Source: a virus | Strand: one strand, 5' to 3' | Length of the DNA stretch: 64,000 nt | Virus record (IMG/VR): IMGVR_UViG_3300018417_000005 | Span: 1-64,000 of that record | In this document: in pieces, positions 18,136-27,750 of the stretch | Position numbering within the stretch: the stretch's first letter is position 1 | Layout: every line of letters starts with the position of its first letter | Translations under genes and position numbers: made by a program | Notes under the pieces: model-generated | What the model saw: the letters and a program-made list of their open reading frames with translations, nothing else | The model's database searches: none | Told to the model about the DNA's origin: nothing

Positions 18136-21102
18136 ATGGCCAACGATAAAAGATTCGTTACGAAAAACGGATTAACCACGCAAAATATTCAATTCGTCTC
18201 ACCGGACGGCGCAAACATAATTTTCGCAGAAATGCTTGATAGCGATACGCTATCATTTTACGGCAATGCTGGCCAACTCTTCAGCATAACAGACTCCTTA
18301 ACTGGTACAATATTCGGTATTAACGACATCTCGGGTTTTCCTAGTTTTGAAATTGAGGCTAATGGTAATATTAGCATGGCGGAATTTTCCGGCAATGTAA
18401 ACATAGGCAGTGATACTTTTATAACTGGCAACATTTTCATGAATGATGCCGCAGGCCCGGCTATTTTAAACGAAGCGGCAACTAGCACAAACCCAACGCT
18501 AGTTCCTAACAAAGCAGATGTTGATACTGGTATCGGATGGAATACAACTAACGTCTTGTCGTTTATTACGGCAGGCACAGAAAAATTTGTCGTGGGAAAT
18601 CATTTCTCAGCAAGCACTGCTAGTGGCCCACGAATGGTTGGAGGCGAAACTCCATCAAGCACAAATCCAACATTAGTACCGAATAAAACAGACGATAATA
18701 CTGGTATAGGCTGGCAAGCGGCAGATTCATTGTCAGTAATTGCTGGTGGCGTAGAAGGTATTAGAATAGGAACAACCGCTGTAACCTTACAACTTGATGC
18801 TACTGCTGGTCTTATTAATGGTAGCGATGCCGCCGGACCATCGTTCAGAGGTTCCGAATCCGCAAGTAGTACAAACCCAACACTAGTGCCCAACAAGGCA
18901 GATGTTGATACTGGTATAGGTTGGAATTCAACTGATCATCTTTCTTTGATAGGAGGTGGTGTAGAGAAACTTCGTCTTGGTGCAGTTATGACTGGTTTTG
19001 TACCATTGAACGGTACAAATGCGGCTGGCCCAGCTATTATGTTAAACGAAGCATCATCAACTACGAACCCAACGCTTGTTCCTAGCCGCGGCGACTTAAC
19101 AACAGGTATCGGTTCATCCGGGGCGCATTTATCGTTTATTGAAACTGCAACTGAGCGGGCATATATAGATTCGAGTGGTATAACAGTTACTGGGCAACTT
19201 AGAGCGGCTACAGCAAGTGGCCCAACAATGGTAAACGAAACGCCAACTAGCGCAAACCCAACACTAATCCCAAACAGAACAGACCTTGATACAGGTATTG
19301 GTTGGGAGACCGCAGACGCAGTAACAATTGTTGCTGGTGGCACAAGGGTAGGATCATTTACAGATAAAGGATTAGGTATTGATGTAGTGCCTAATACCAA
19401 TTGGGGGGCTGGTGCAAAAGTGGTTGAGTTTGGTAATACTGGTTCGGTGATGAATTATAGTGATCGATCAACACATCTCAATAATAATGCATATTTTGAT
19501 GGAGCTAATTGGCGATATGTGAACACTGCTGAAGCTACCAATATGTATCTTTTGAACCGTGATATTTATTTCCGCAATGCCGCATCTGGCACGGCAAATA
19601 CTACACTGACATGGTCAACATCAGCACTCTTAAGTGAAACTGGTTTTGCAGTTGGCAATAGTGCTGGATCACAGTTAATGAACGAAGCGGCTACTTCCAC
19701 AAACCCAACGCTAGTTCCTAACAAAGCAGAAACAGACACAGGTATAGGTTGGGCAACAGACGCATTACATTTTATTGGCGGGGGTGTTAGCTTAGGTGTA
19801 ATTAACGGCACAGGATTTACTTCAACTGGTACAGTCTTAGGCACTAACTTAAGTGGTACTAATACTGGTGATATTACATTAGCAGGCACACCGAACTATA
19901 TTACAATTTCGGGACAAACAATAACACGCAACCAAGTTGATTTGGCAGCTGACGTTACTGGCAACTTACCGATTGCAAATTTAAATACTGGCACCGGTGC
20001 TAGTGGATTAACGTTTTGGCGTGGTGATGGTACTTGGGCAGTCCCAGCAGGAGCAGGTGATGTAAGTAAAGTAGGTACACCAGTAAACAATCAAATTGGT
20101 GTGTGGACAGGTAACGGCACGATAGAAGGCGATGCTAATTTTACATGGAGCGGAACAGCATTAGGTGTAACAGGTAACGCAACTGTATCCGGATTTTTAA
20201 CAGTTAGTGGTTCAACATTAACATTTGACGGTGTTGGACTAACAGCAATACAAACAAGCGGTGAAGGCTTTGCTAATAACGACACGAGCATTATGACCAG
20301 TGCCGCTATTGAAGATAAAATATTATCATACAGTTATTCAACCACTGTAGGCACAGTAACTTCTGTTACAGCCGGTACTGGTATGACACAGACCGGCACA
20401 TCAACAATCAATCCGACATTAAATGTTATTGGTGGTGATGGCATCACAGCTAACGCAAATGACATTGCTGTAGACAGCACTGTAGCAAGAACAAACGTTA
20501 ACGAAACTTTCGACCAAGACGTAATTATTTCGGGCAATTTAACAGTTTCAGGAACAACTACAAGTGTTAATACAGAAACAATTGAGCTTGCTGATAATAT
20601 AATACTCTTCAACAGTAACGAAGCTGGCACACCGTCACAAGATGCAGGTATTGAAATAGAACGAGGCACTAGTGCTAACAAAACATTTTTATGGATAGAA
20701 GCAGGAGATTACTGGTCCATTGGAACAGAAGAATTACGTACAGGTAATGTGGATGTTACTGGTTTGTTAACCGCTACACAAAAATCATTTACTATAGATC
20801 ACCCAACTAAACCAAACATGAAATTGCGTTACGGGTCTTTAGAAGGACCGGAAAACGGAGTGTATGTAAGAGGTAAATTAAACGGAAGTGTAATAGAGCT
20901 ACCGGAGTATTGGACAGGACTAGTACACGAAGATACTATTACCGTTAGTTTAACCCCGATTGGTTCGCATCAAAACTTGTACGTTGAAAAAATTGAAAAC
21001 AATAAAGTATATGTTGGGTCGGACGGTGATATTAACTGCTTTTACACTGTTTACGGAGAACGTAAAGACGTAGACAAGCTAACAGTAGAATTTAGTGATT
21101 AA
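18136..21102 (+). CDS. Tail-fibre-like protein with six internal repeats
   Basis: 988 aa; six copies of GP..NE..S.NPTLVPN..D.DTGIGW; fibre motifs (DAGIEIERG); C-terminal KSFTIDHP..LRYGSLEGPENGVYVRG domain. Confidence 0.8.
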   Translation: MANDKRFVTKNGLTTQNIQFVSPDGANIIFAEMLDSDTLSFYGNAGQLFSITDSLTGTIFGINDISGFPSFEIEANGNISMAEFSGNVNIGSDTFITGNIFMNDAAGPAILNEAATSTNPTLVPNKADVDTGIGWNTTNVLSFITAGTEKFVVGNHFSASTASGPRMVGGETPSSTNPTLVPNKTDDNTGIGWQAADSLSVIAGGVEGIRIGTTAVTLQLDATAGLINGSDAAGPSFRGSESASSTNPTLVPNKADVDTGIGWNSTDHLSLIGGGVEKLRLGAVMTGFVPLNGTNAAGPAIMLNEASSTTNPTLVPSRGDLTTGIGSSGAHLSFIETATERAYIDSSGITVTGQLRAATASGPTMVNETPTSANPTLIPNRTDLDTGIGWETADAVTIVAGGTRVGSFTDKGLGIDVVPNTNWGAGAKVVEFGNTGSVMNYSDRSTHLNNNAYFDGANWRYVNTAEATNMYLLNRDIYFRNAASGTANTTLTWSTSALLSETGFAVGNSAGSQLMNEAATSTNPTLVPNKAETDTGIGWATDALHFIGGGVSLGVINGTGFTSTGTVLGTNLSGTNTGDITLAGTPNYITISGQTITRNQVDLAADVTGNLPIANLNTGTGASGLTFWRGDGTWAVPAGAGDVSKVGTPVNNQIGVWTGNGTIEGDANFTWSGTALGVTGNATVSGFLTVSGSTLTFDGVGLTAIQTSGEGFANNDTSIMTSAAIEDKILSYSYSTTVGTVTSVTAGTGMTQTGTSTINPTLNVIGGDGITANANDIAVDSTVARTNVNETFDQDVIISGNLTVSGTTTSVNTETIELADNIILFNSNEAGTPSQDAGIEIERGTSANKTFLWIEAGDYWSIGTEELRTGNVDVTGLLTATQKSFTIDHPTKPNMKLRYGSLEGPENGVYVRGKLNGSVIELPEYWTGLVHEDTITVSLTPIGSHQNLYVEKIENNKVYVGSDGDINCFYTVYGERKDVDKLTVEFSD

Positions 21103-21140
21103 TCGCATACAGATAAATACGTATATAATTAGGAATACAT

Positions 21141-23171
21141 ATGGCAGACGCAGATAAGAATATTTTAATAACACCTAATACAGGTGTTGCGAGCATTGAA
21201 CCGTCGATAGAATTTACTGGCGGGGATAATGTTACGATTACACTGAATATATTGGATGATGGTACACTTAGCTTTGAGGGCACATCAGGCCAGTTGTTTG
21301 CCATATCCGATGGCGCAGGAAATACAATTTTTTCAGTTAATGATATCTCGGGTGTTCCTAGCATAGAAGTTGACAATGATGGAACAATACGGTTTGCTGA
21401 GCTTTCCGGAAACGTACTTATAGGCACAGCAGTTGACAACGGCAATTTATTACAAGTAGACGGGAGCGTATCTACAGCAGGAAACCTTTTTGTAGACGGT
21501 ACAGTATTAAAATTTGATGGTGTTGGTCTAACGGCAATACAAACAAGCGCAGAAGGCTTTGGGAATAACGACACAAGCATAATGACCTCCGCGGCTGTTG
21601 AAGATAAAATATTATCATACAGCTATTCGACTACAACCGGTACGGTAACTTCTATAGATATTACTGCTGGCACACTTATTGATAAAACTGGCGGGCCTAT
21701 AACTAGTTCAGGTGCTATTACAGTAAACGTTGATTTAAGTGAAGCAACAGAAGCAGTTTATGCACCGGGCACTGATTACTTGCTCTTCTTGGATGGCGGA
21801 ACAGCCGGCACTGCCGCAAAAGAAAGTGGTATAGACTTTGCGGCTGCATTAGCAGGAACTGGCTTAACAGCATCAAGCGGTGTAATTAATAGAGATACGA
21901 TTGCGCTAACAACAGATACAAGCGGTAACTACGTAGCGACAATTACTGGTGGTACTGGTATTGATAGTACAGGAGCAACAACTGGTGAGGGTATTGCCCA
22001 TACACTTAGTTTTGACGGGTCCGAGTTAGCTGTAGGCGGCGCATTGATCGGCACAGACTATTTAGTAGGCGTTAATGGTGGGGTCTCTAATAGACAATTA
22101 ATTTCTTCTACACCACTAAGTATTTTTAGTAATGATGTGGGATGGACAACCAATACTGGTACTGTAACAAATGTCGCAACTACAGGAACTGTTAACGGAA
22201 TAACATTAACAGGTACAGTAAGCACAAGCGGCACATTAACATTAGGCGGAACACTAGGCAGTATAACAGTCTCGCAACTTGCCGCATCAGCAATACAAAC
22301 AAGCGGTGAAGGTTTTGTTGATAGTGATACAGTAGTAATGACAGCGGCCGCAGTAGACGATAGGATTTTATCTTATGGCTATTCAACCACAACTGGTACA
22401 GTGACGTCAGTAAGTGGTGGTGGCGGTATTACATCAACAGGCGGCACAACTCCTTCTCTTAGCGTTGACTTAACTGATACAACTAAATTTACAAGTACAA
22501 ATACAGCAAGCCGCGCAGTATATCGCGATGGCTCAGGCAACTTTAGCGCAGGTACAATCACAGCGTCACTTTCCGGTAATGCCACAAGTGCTACAACTGC
22601 AACGACAGCAACCACAGCAACCACAGTAGCTCTAGTAGCAACGAATACAACAAATGCAGTACATTACCCAACGTTCGTAGATGCCGCAACTGGTAATGAA
22701 AACGTAAGAACCGACACTGGATACACATATAATCCAAGTACTGGAGTATTAACAGCAACACAATTTGATGGTTTAGCAACATCGGCCCAGTACGCTGACC
22801 TTGCAGAACGATATGAAGCTGATTGCGAGTTAACACCCGGCGAGGTTGTTATATTTGGTGGTGTTAAAGAAATCACAAAAGCCACAGAATTCATGGATAC
22901 ACGAGTAGCTGGTGTTATATCAACTAGGCCCGGCTTTAAACTAAATGCTAAAGCAGGCACGAATAAAACCCATCCTTACTTAGCAGTAACAGGGCGCGTA
23001 CCGTGTCAAGTAACTGGTGTCGTACGAAAAGGTGACTTGCTAGTAACTTCATCGGAACACGGTTGCGCTGAATCAGCTAACAATGCTAAACCCGGAACAA
23101 TTATAGGCAAAGCATTAGAAGATTTTAACGGCGATTATGGAGTTATTGAAGTATTTGTTAACTTGATGTAA
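21141..23171 (+). CDS. Tail-fibre-like protein with C-terminal intramolecular chaperone / autocleavage (Peptidase_G2-like) domain
   Basis: YADLAERYEAD..GEVVIFGG..VAGVIST.PG..LN..GRVPC.V.G.V.KGDLLV..IIGKALE; GATAAATA upstream at 21112-21119. Confidence 0.8.
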   Translation: MADADKNILITPNTGVASIEPSIEFTGGDNVTITLNILDDGTLSFEGTSGQLFAISDGAGNTIFSVNDISGVPSIEVDNDGTIRFAELSGNVLIGTAVDNGNLLQVDGSVSTAGNLFVDGTVLKFDGVGLTAIQTSAEGFGNNDTSIMTSAAVEDKILSYSYSTTTGTVTSIDITAGTLIDKTGGPITSSGAITVNVDLSEATEAVYAPGTDYLLFLDGGTAGTAAKESGIDFAAALAGTGLTASSGVINRDTIALTTDTSGNYVATITGGTGIDSTGATTGEGIAHTLSFDGSELAVGGALIGTDYLVGVNGGVSNRQLISSTPLSIFSNDVGWTTNTGTVTNVATTGTVNGITLTGTVSTSGTLTLGGTLGSITVSQLAASAIQTSGEGFVDSDTVVMTAAAVDDRILSYGYSTTTGTVTSVSGGGGITSTGGTTPSLSVDLTDTTKFTSTNTASRAVYRDGSGNFSAGTITASLSGNATSATTATTATTATTVALVATNTTNAVHYPTFVDAATGNENVRTDTGYTYNPSTGVLTATQFDGLATSAQYADLAERYEADCELTPGEVVIFGGVKEITKATEFMDTRVAGVISTRPGFKLNAKAGTNKTHPYLAVTGRVPCQVTGVVRKGDLLVTSSEHGCAESANNAKPGTIIGKALEDFNGDYGVIEVFVNLM

Positions 23172-23920
23172 TGATTAATTTAATCCACATTCCAAAAACT
23201 GGTGGCACTGCCATACGGCATTCGTTGAGGGGAAGTGGATGCAAAAACATCAAGTACCCAAATACTCATGCTTTCTCCCTATTTTCTAAAAATAATCAGA
23301 ATATCGGCTTCATAGTAAGAGATCCATGGGAGCGGTTTTGTAGTGGTTTTTGGGATTTTAAGACTACTTTGCAAAGAATACCCTTAGCTAAAAATGCTGA
23401 GAATTTGCCGTATGTAATACCGCATAAACCACAACAAATGACTGAAGAAGAAAACTTTATTTTAGCAAACATTGCTGACCCAAATTCTTTCGTAGAATGG
23501 TTAATTGAAAAAGACGGCAACGTTGATTTATATTCGAGAGAACTTAATTTACACAGTGATTTAGGCATGATGACTTGTAGTTTATATTACTGGTTAGGTG
23601 ATCTTGAAAAATACAAATCAGCTGAAAGTAACGTAAACGTTGCTATAGACATAACAGCGTTATCTTCATACATGTCTAACCACCATGAAGTAACTATGGT
23701 TTCTAATCCGTTCGGTGCAAGAAGCAGAAAACAGTTTAATATAGAACAGCCGTACACTGCGACTGAAAGTAATTTGAATTGGTTCAAAGAATGGCGAAAG
23801 GATGATTATTTATTAGTTGATTATATAAAAACAAAAGAGTATTATTACGAGGAGTCATATGCATTTTAAAATTTTAACGGCGATTATGGAGTTATTGAAG
23901 TATTTGTTAACTTGATGTAA
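23122..23920 (+). repeat. Exact 50-bp direct repeat (23122-23171 and 23871-23920) flanking the sulfotransferase gene
   Basis: attttaacggcgattatggagttattgaagtatttgttaacttgatgtaa occurs in both positions. Confidence 0.95.
23171..23869 (+). CDS. Sulfotransferase (Sulfotransfer_2-like)
   Basis: 5'-PSB motif IHIPKTGGTAI and 3'-PB motif FIVRDPWERFCSGF. Confidence 0.8.
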   Translation: MINLIHIPKTGGTAIRHSLRGSGCKNIKYPNTHAFSLFSKNNQNIGFIVRDPWERFCSGFWDFKTTLQRIPLAKNAENLPYVIPHKPQQMTEEENFILANIADPNSFVEWLIEKDGNVDLYSRELNLHSDLGMMTCSLYYWLGDLEKYKSAESNVNVAIDITALSSYMSNHHEVTMVSNPFGARSRKQFNIEQPYTATESNLNWFKEWRKDDYLLVDYIKTKEYYYEESYAF

Positions 23921-23982
23921 GCCAAAATCAGCTTTATAGATAAATAACAGTAAAGCAATATTTAATCTAGGAGATTTAAACC

Positions 23983-26235
23983 ATGGCAATTAATGCTGCA
24001 GAATGGTCCGTCGGCGTAAACGGGGATATCCGTCACGTTACAGGTACTGAAACTTATACTGTGTTAGAATTACACAGATGGTTACAAGACTTGGCTGATA
24101 ACGAATCAACAACTTCGGATGACTTACTTGACATTACAAGTGATACCCCTTCCGAACGTTCAACGGACAACATTATAACACTAAATGCCCCATACAACAT
24201 CGATGATGATGCGGCACAATATTTATTTGCTGGATCCATTACGCAAAGTGGCGGAGACACAGTTTATTCAGGACTACAGGTGCTAGGCGCGGTAAACAAC
24301 GCGGCTACACAACTTATGGTAATCCAAAACAGTCAACTATATCCATTTACACCAGACCCAACTGCTCCGTTCTGGGGTGACCAATCGAACACTATTACAG
24401 GTGACTTTGGTTACAACGGCGCACAAGCATCTGGTGTACTTATGAGATGTATGATTAAAACAAGAGAATTTGGAGCCGATATTAACGGTAAGCGAATTAG
24501 GGTACAAGCACGTCATTGGGGTGATACATATGACTTCTTTAACGTGACACTGGGACAGGGTGAGTCGGTAGCGGCGATTGGTACTACACCGGACGCACAG
24601 AACGATACTCCTGTTGGAACAGTGACTACTTACACCCACGTTGTTAACTCCGGCGGAACAGCAAATGCTCCAACTGGCGGCTTTCAAGGTATCGACCTTA
24701 ACAACGGTGAAGGCTCATTTGACTACTACTCACAGTGGACATATGGTGCTGACACTTCCGGCGACGGACTTAAGGGTATTTGGGAATACATTAAAGAACT
24801 TTCAGGTCACGGTTCACCGTTAATTGATGCGCAAGACGAAACCTCGTATGACAATGCCGGTAACAACGGTACGTTTACAGCAGGAACTAACTATGCAATA
24901 TCCGACGTGTTAACAATGTCGGACGGTACACAAATAACAGTTGATGCTGTTAGTACAGGCGCTGTTACACAGTTTACTATCGACAGCAGTACTGGCGACG
25001 AATCACTCAAGCCTGGTGACGTATTGACTATGGCTTCTGTTTTACCTGACACTGGCGACGAAAGCGGCTTTACTTTAACAGTTGGATCAGCTAACTTAGT
25101 AGCACAAAAAACAATTGATAGCTTAGACGGACAATTGTTCTTAGGAGTAACGCATGGTGTTGAGACTGGTGTTCCATCTGGTGCATTTACTGAAAGAGAA
25201 ATTATGGCATGGGGAACGGAATTAACATATAACACTGGTACCGATATGAACCTCGTGGCTGCGGGTGACCGTATTGTATTCTCAGGCGGAGCAGGCGGCG
25301 AGATTACTTATACTTCACTTGGTGCCGCAACTGGTACACTATATGTACTAATGGATAGCGGCGAAGCTAACCCTGGCGCGGCAGAAACATTTACTGTTTA
25401 TGACGATGCAGGCGCAACTACTTCAGTTGGTACAGTAGCTACTATAGTTGGAGGCACAGCAGGACAAGGCGGTACTGGGTTATTATTAGCCGATGATACA
25501 GGAAATGATATCTTTTACTACCAGTTGTTAACAGGAACTGCGGCTGGCACAGGTGTGAAAATCATCGGAACAACCTCAGGGCAAACAGCAACAACCTCAG
25601 GTGCTTCAAGCGCGAAAACCATTCCGAAGATTTACTTAGGTTCATATACTGGTACACTTATTGGTGCTTATGGCATCGGTGTTTTACCAGCTAACCTAAC
25701 AGCTTCGGATACAATTGAGCCGTTAGTTGGTGTTACACAAACACCACCGAACAACGTAACATTTACTGTTACTGGCTTGATTAGTGGAGAAGATAGGGTG
25801 CTTGTTGGACCACGTGCGGCTGGTATTCTAGAGAAGGACCAATTCGCAGTAACCACTACACCACTAACAGCGACTTCAACCGCGTTGATTATTGATACTA
25901 CTATACCTACAGATACACCGTCTACTGGTAATGTACGTATTGAAAATAACAGTGGTGTGTACTTACGTACTCCGTATTCATCATACACAGGTAGCACATT
26001 TACTATTACTGCTTACGGCGATGCTGCCGCAGTAACTAACAATGTGTTTATTGCGTATATTGATGAAACAGCGGCTGCAACCTCGGCGTCATTTACATCG
26101 GTTTTCTTGTCAACAAGGGACTTGTTTGTACGTGTACGTGATGGTGGTGTAACACCTATTAAGACTTTTGAGGCACCGTCTCAGTTGACTTCCTCAGGTG
26201 GTACTATTGCGGCAATTAGGACATCGGATCTATAA
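23983..26235 (+). CDS. Putative virion structural protein (750 aa)
   Basis: Thr/Gly/Ala/Asp-rich and beta-rich; late promoter at 23939-23946, AGGAG RBS and a following terminator. Confidence 0.65.
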   Translation: MAINAAEWSVGVNGDIRHVTGTETYTVLELHRWLQDLADNESTTSDDLLDITSDTPSERSTDNIITLNAPYNIDDDAAQYLFAGSITQSGGDTVYSGLQVLGAVNNAATQLMVIQNSQLYPFTPDPTAPFWGDQSNTITGDFGYNGAQASGVLMRCMIKTREFGADINGKRIRVQARHWGDTYDFFNVTLGQGESVAAIGTTPDAQNDTPVGTVTTYTHVVNSGGTANAPTGGFQGIDLNNGEGSFDYYSQWTYGADTSGDGLKGIWEYIKELSGHGSPLIDAQDETSYDNAGNNGTFTAGTNYAISDVLTMSDGTQITVDAVSTGAVTQFTIDSSTGDESLKPGDVLTMASVLPDTGDESGFTLTVGSANLVAQKTIDSLDGQLFLGVTHGVETGVPSGAFTEREIMAWGTELTYNTGTDMNLVAAGDRIVFSGGAGGEITYTSLGAATGTLYVLMDSGEANPGAAETFTVYDDAGATTSVGTVATIVGGTAGQGGTGLLLADDTGNDIFYYQLLTGTAAGTGVKIIGTTSGQTATTSGASSAKTIPKIYLGSYTGTLIGAYGIGVLPANLTASDTIEPLVGVTQTPPNNVTFTVTGLISGEDRVLVGPRAAGILEKDQFAVTTTPLTATSTALIIDTTIPTDTPSTGNVRIENNSGVYLRTPYSSYTGSTFTITAYGDAAAVTNNVFIAYIDETAAATSASFTSVFLSTRDLFVRVRDGGVTPIKTFEAPSQLTSSGGTIAAIRTSDL

Positions 26236-26257
26236 CAGAGAAGATATAAGCACGTTC

Positions 26258-26283
26258 AAGAAAGGGCCTACGGGCCCTTTCTT
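26258..26283 (+). terminator. Rho-independent terminator
   Basis: aagaaagggcc-tacg-ggccctttctt perfect stem with a UNCG loop. Confidence 0.85.
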
Positions 26284-26301
26284 TATGAATAAATACAACA
26301 C

Positions 26302-26841
26302 ATGGACACAAACTTACAATACCTATTAGCAAATTTAGACCAAACAATATTCGTAACAACATATCGTGTCGGTTCACATTCATTCAATAAATTCTTCGAT
26401 GATAAGACAACAAATCGCGGAGCATATTCAACTGCGGATGCAATATTAGAATTTAAAAAAGCAAAAGACGTAATTGTAATATTAAGAGACCCAATTGATA
26501 GATATGAATCGGGTATAAAAATATTAAATAGAATCAATCGTCTACCTACTGAAAATTTATTAGACAACGTGCATATTATAACGCACACTTATCCCTATCT
26601 AAGCCCAATAGAAAAATATATTACCAAATATATTGCTTGGGTAGATATGCCTATATTTTTCCCGAGAGCAGGTCACGCAACTGTATTATACGACGAAATG
26701 CCGGAAATACACAACCCATATACAAATAACGAATTAGAGAACGAATTAGAAGCATGTAATCGCATTATACAACATACATCATGTCTAACGCTTGAGGAAT
26801 TTGATGAAATACTCGACAATTTTAAAGTGATAAATACTTAA
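26302..26841 (+). CDS. Divergent sulfotransferase-like protein
   Basis: FVTTYRVGSHSF (PSB-like) and VILRDPIDRYESG (3'-PB-like). Confidence 0.55.
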   Translation: MDTNLQYLLANLDQTIFVTTYRVGSHSFNKFFDDKTTNRGAYSTADAILEFKKAKDVIVILRDPIDRYESGIKILNRINRLPTENLLDNVHIITHTYPYLSPIEKYITKYIAWVDMPIFFPRAGHATVLYDEMPEIHNPYTNNELENELEACNRIIQHTSCLTLEEFDEILDNFKVINT

Positions 26842-26842
26842 T

Positions 26843-27334
26843 ATGAAATACACAATAGCACAACATAATGGCGCGTTACTTATAACTGTACCACAAGCCG
26901 GTAATAATTCCCTTAGAGATTTTTGTAGCAAACATCGAATTGCTTGTAGCGGGTACCAATACGAAACTGCTATTTCAACTATAGACAGCTATCAAAGTTT
27001 AGTAGTTATTCTTAGAAACCCGCAAGCCCGATACGAATCTGGCATGAGATTTTTATATGACGGAAACAATGTAACAGGACCATATGTCGAGCAACACACA
27101 GCGCCTTACTTAGACCATTTTGCGCATAAAGCAGTTCGATATATATTATTCGAAAATCTATATAAATATTTTGAGTATGAAGAAGAAGAATCGAAAGGTG
27201 AGGACAAATGGGCTGATGTGTACACCAACGGTGAGCTAGAAAAAGAATTAGAAACATATAATTATATAATTGACAACAACGATGAATTAACAGTTGAAGA
27301 ATTTAATCAACTTTTTAATGGAGAAAGTAAATAA
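26843..27334 (+). CDS. Divergent sulfotransferase-like protein, paralogue of 26302
   Basis: LITVPQAGNNSL and VILRNPQARYESG; shares HT.PYL, YTN.ELE.ELE and LT.EEF with the previous gene. Confidence 0.55.
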   Translation: MKYTIAQHNGALLITVPQAGNNSLRDFCSKHRIACSGYQYETAISTIDSYQSLVVILRNPQARYESGMRFLYDGNNVTGPYVEQHTAPYLDHFAHKAVRYILFENLYKYFEYEEEESKGEDKWADVYTNGELEKELETYNYIIDNNDELTVEEFNQLFNGESK

Positions 27335-27750
27335 TGATTGTAACTGTATTATGTGCCGACTCATACGAAGATGAGAACTATTTTGATTATGCGTTATCTC
27401 ATTTTAAGTCGGACAAAGTATATGTAATGAGTGGGTATAAATGCGATGCTAGTAAAAAATTAAAAGATGCACCGCATATAGCTGATATGTCCGAAGTAAC
27501 AGAAGACTTTCCGATATATGTATTTGCTCCGAAAAATGCGCGAAATTTTACACCTGATTTACAATTACAAGATTTTAACGCGCCAGAGGATTGTATCCTT
27601 GTATTCGGCCCAAACAATACACACTTAATGAAAGACCATTTAGGAGATAAGACACCAGCTAATATTGTAGAGATACCAACCGACGAGGATACAACAATGT
27701 ATTCTTATTCTGCTTATTTAGTGGCAATGTGGCATATAAGAAATGGCTAA
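27334..27750 (+). CDS. Possible minimal SPOUT (TrmH/TrmL-like) methyltransferase
   Basis: LQDF.APEDCILVFGPNN..L....IVEIPT....MYSYSAY resembles the SPOUT knot motifs. Confidence 0.45.
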   Translation: MIVTVLCADSYEDENYFDYALSHFKSDKVYVMSGYKCDASKKLKDAPHIADMSEVTEDFPIYVFAPKNARNFTPDLQLQDFNAPEDCILVFGPNNTHLMKDHLGDKTPANIVEIPTDEDTTMYSYSAYLVAMWHIRNG

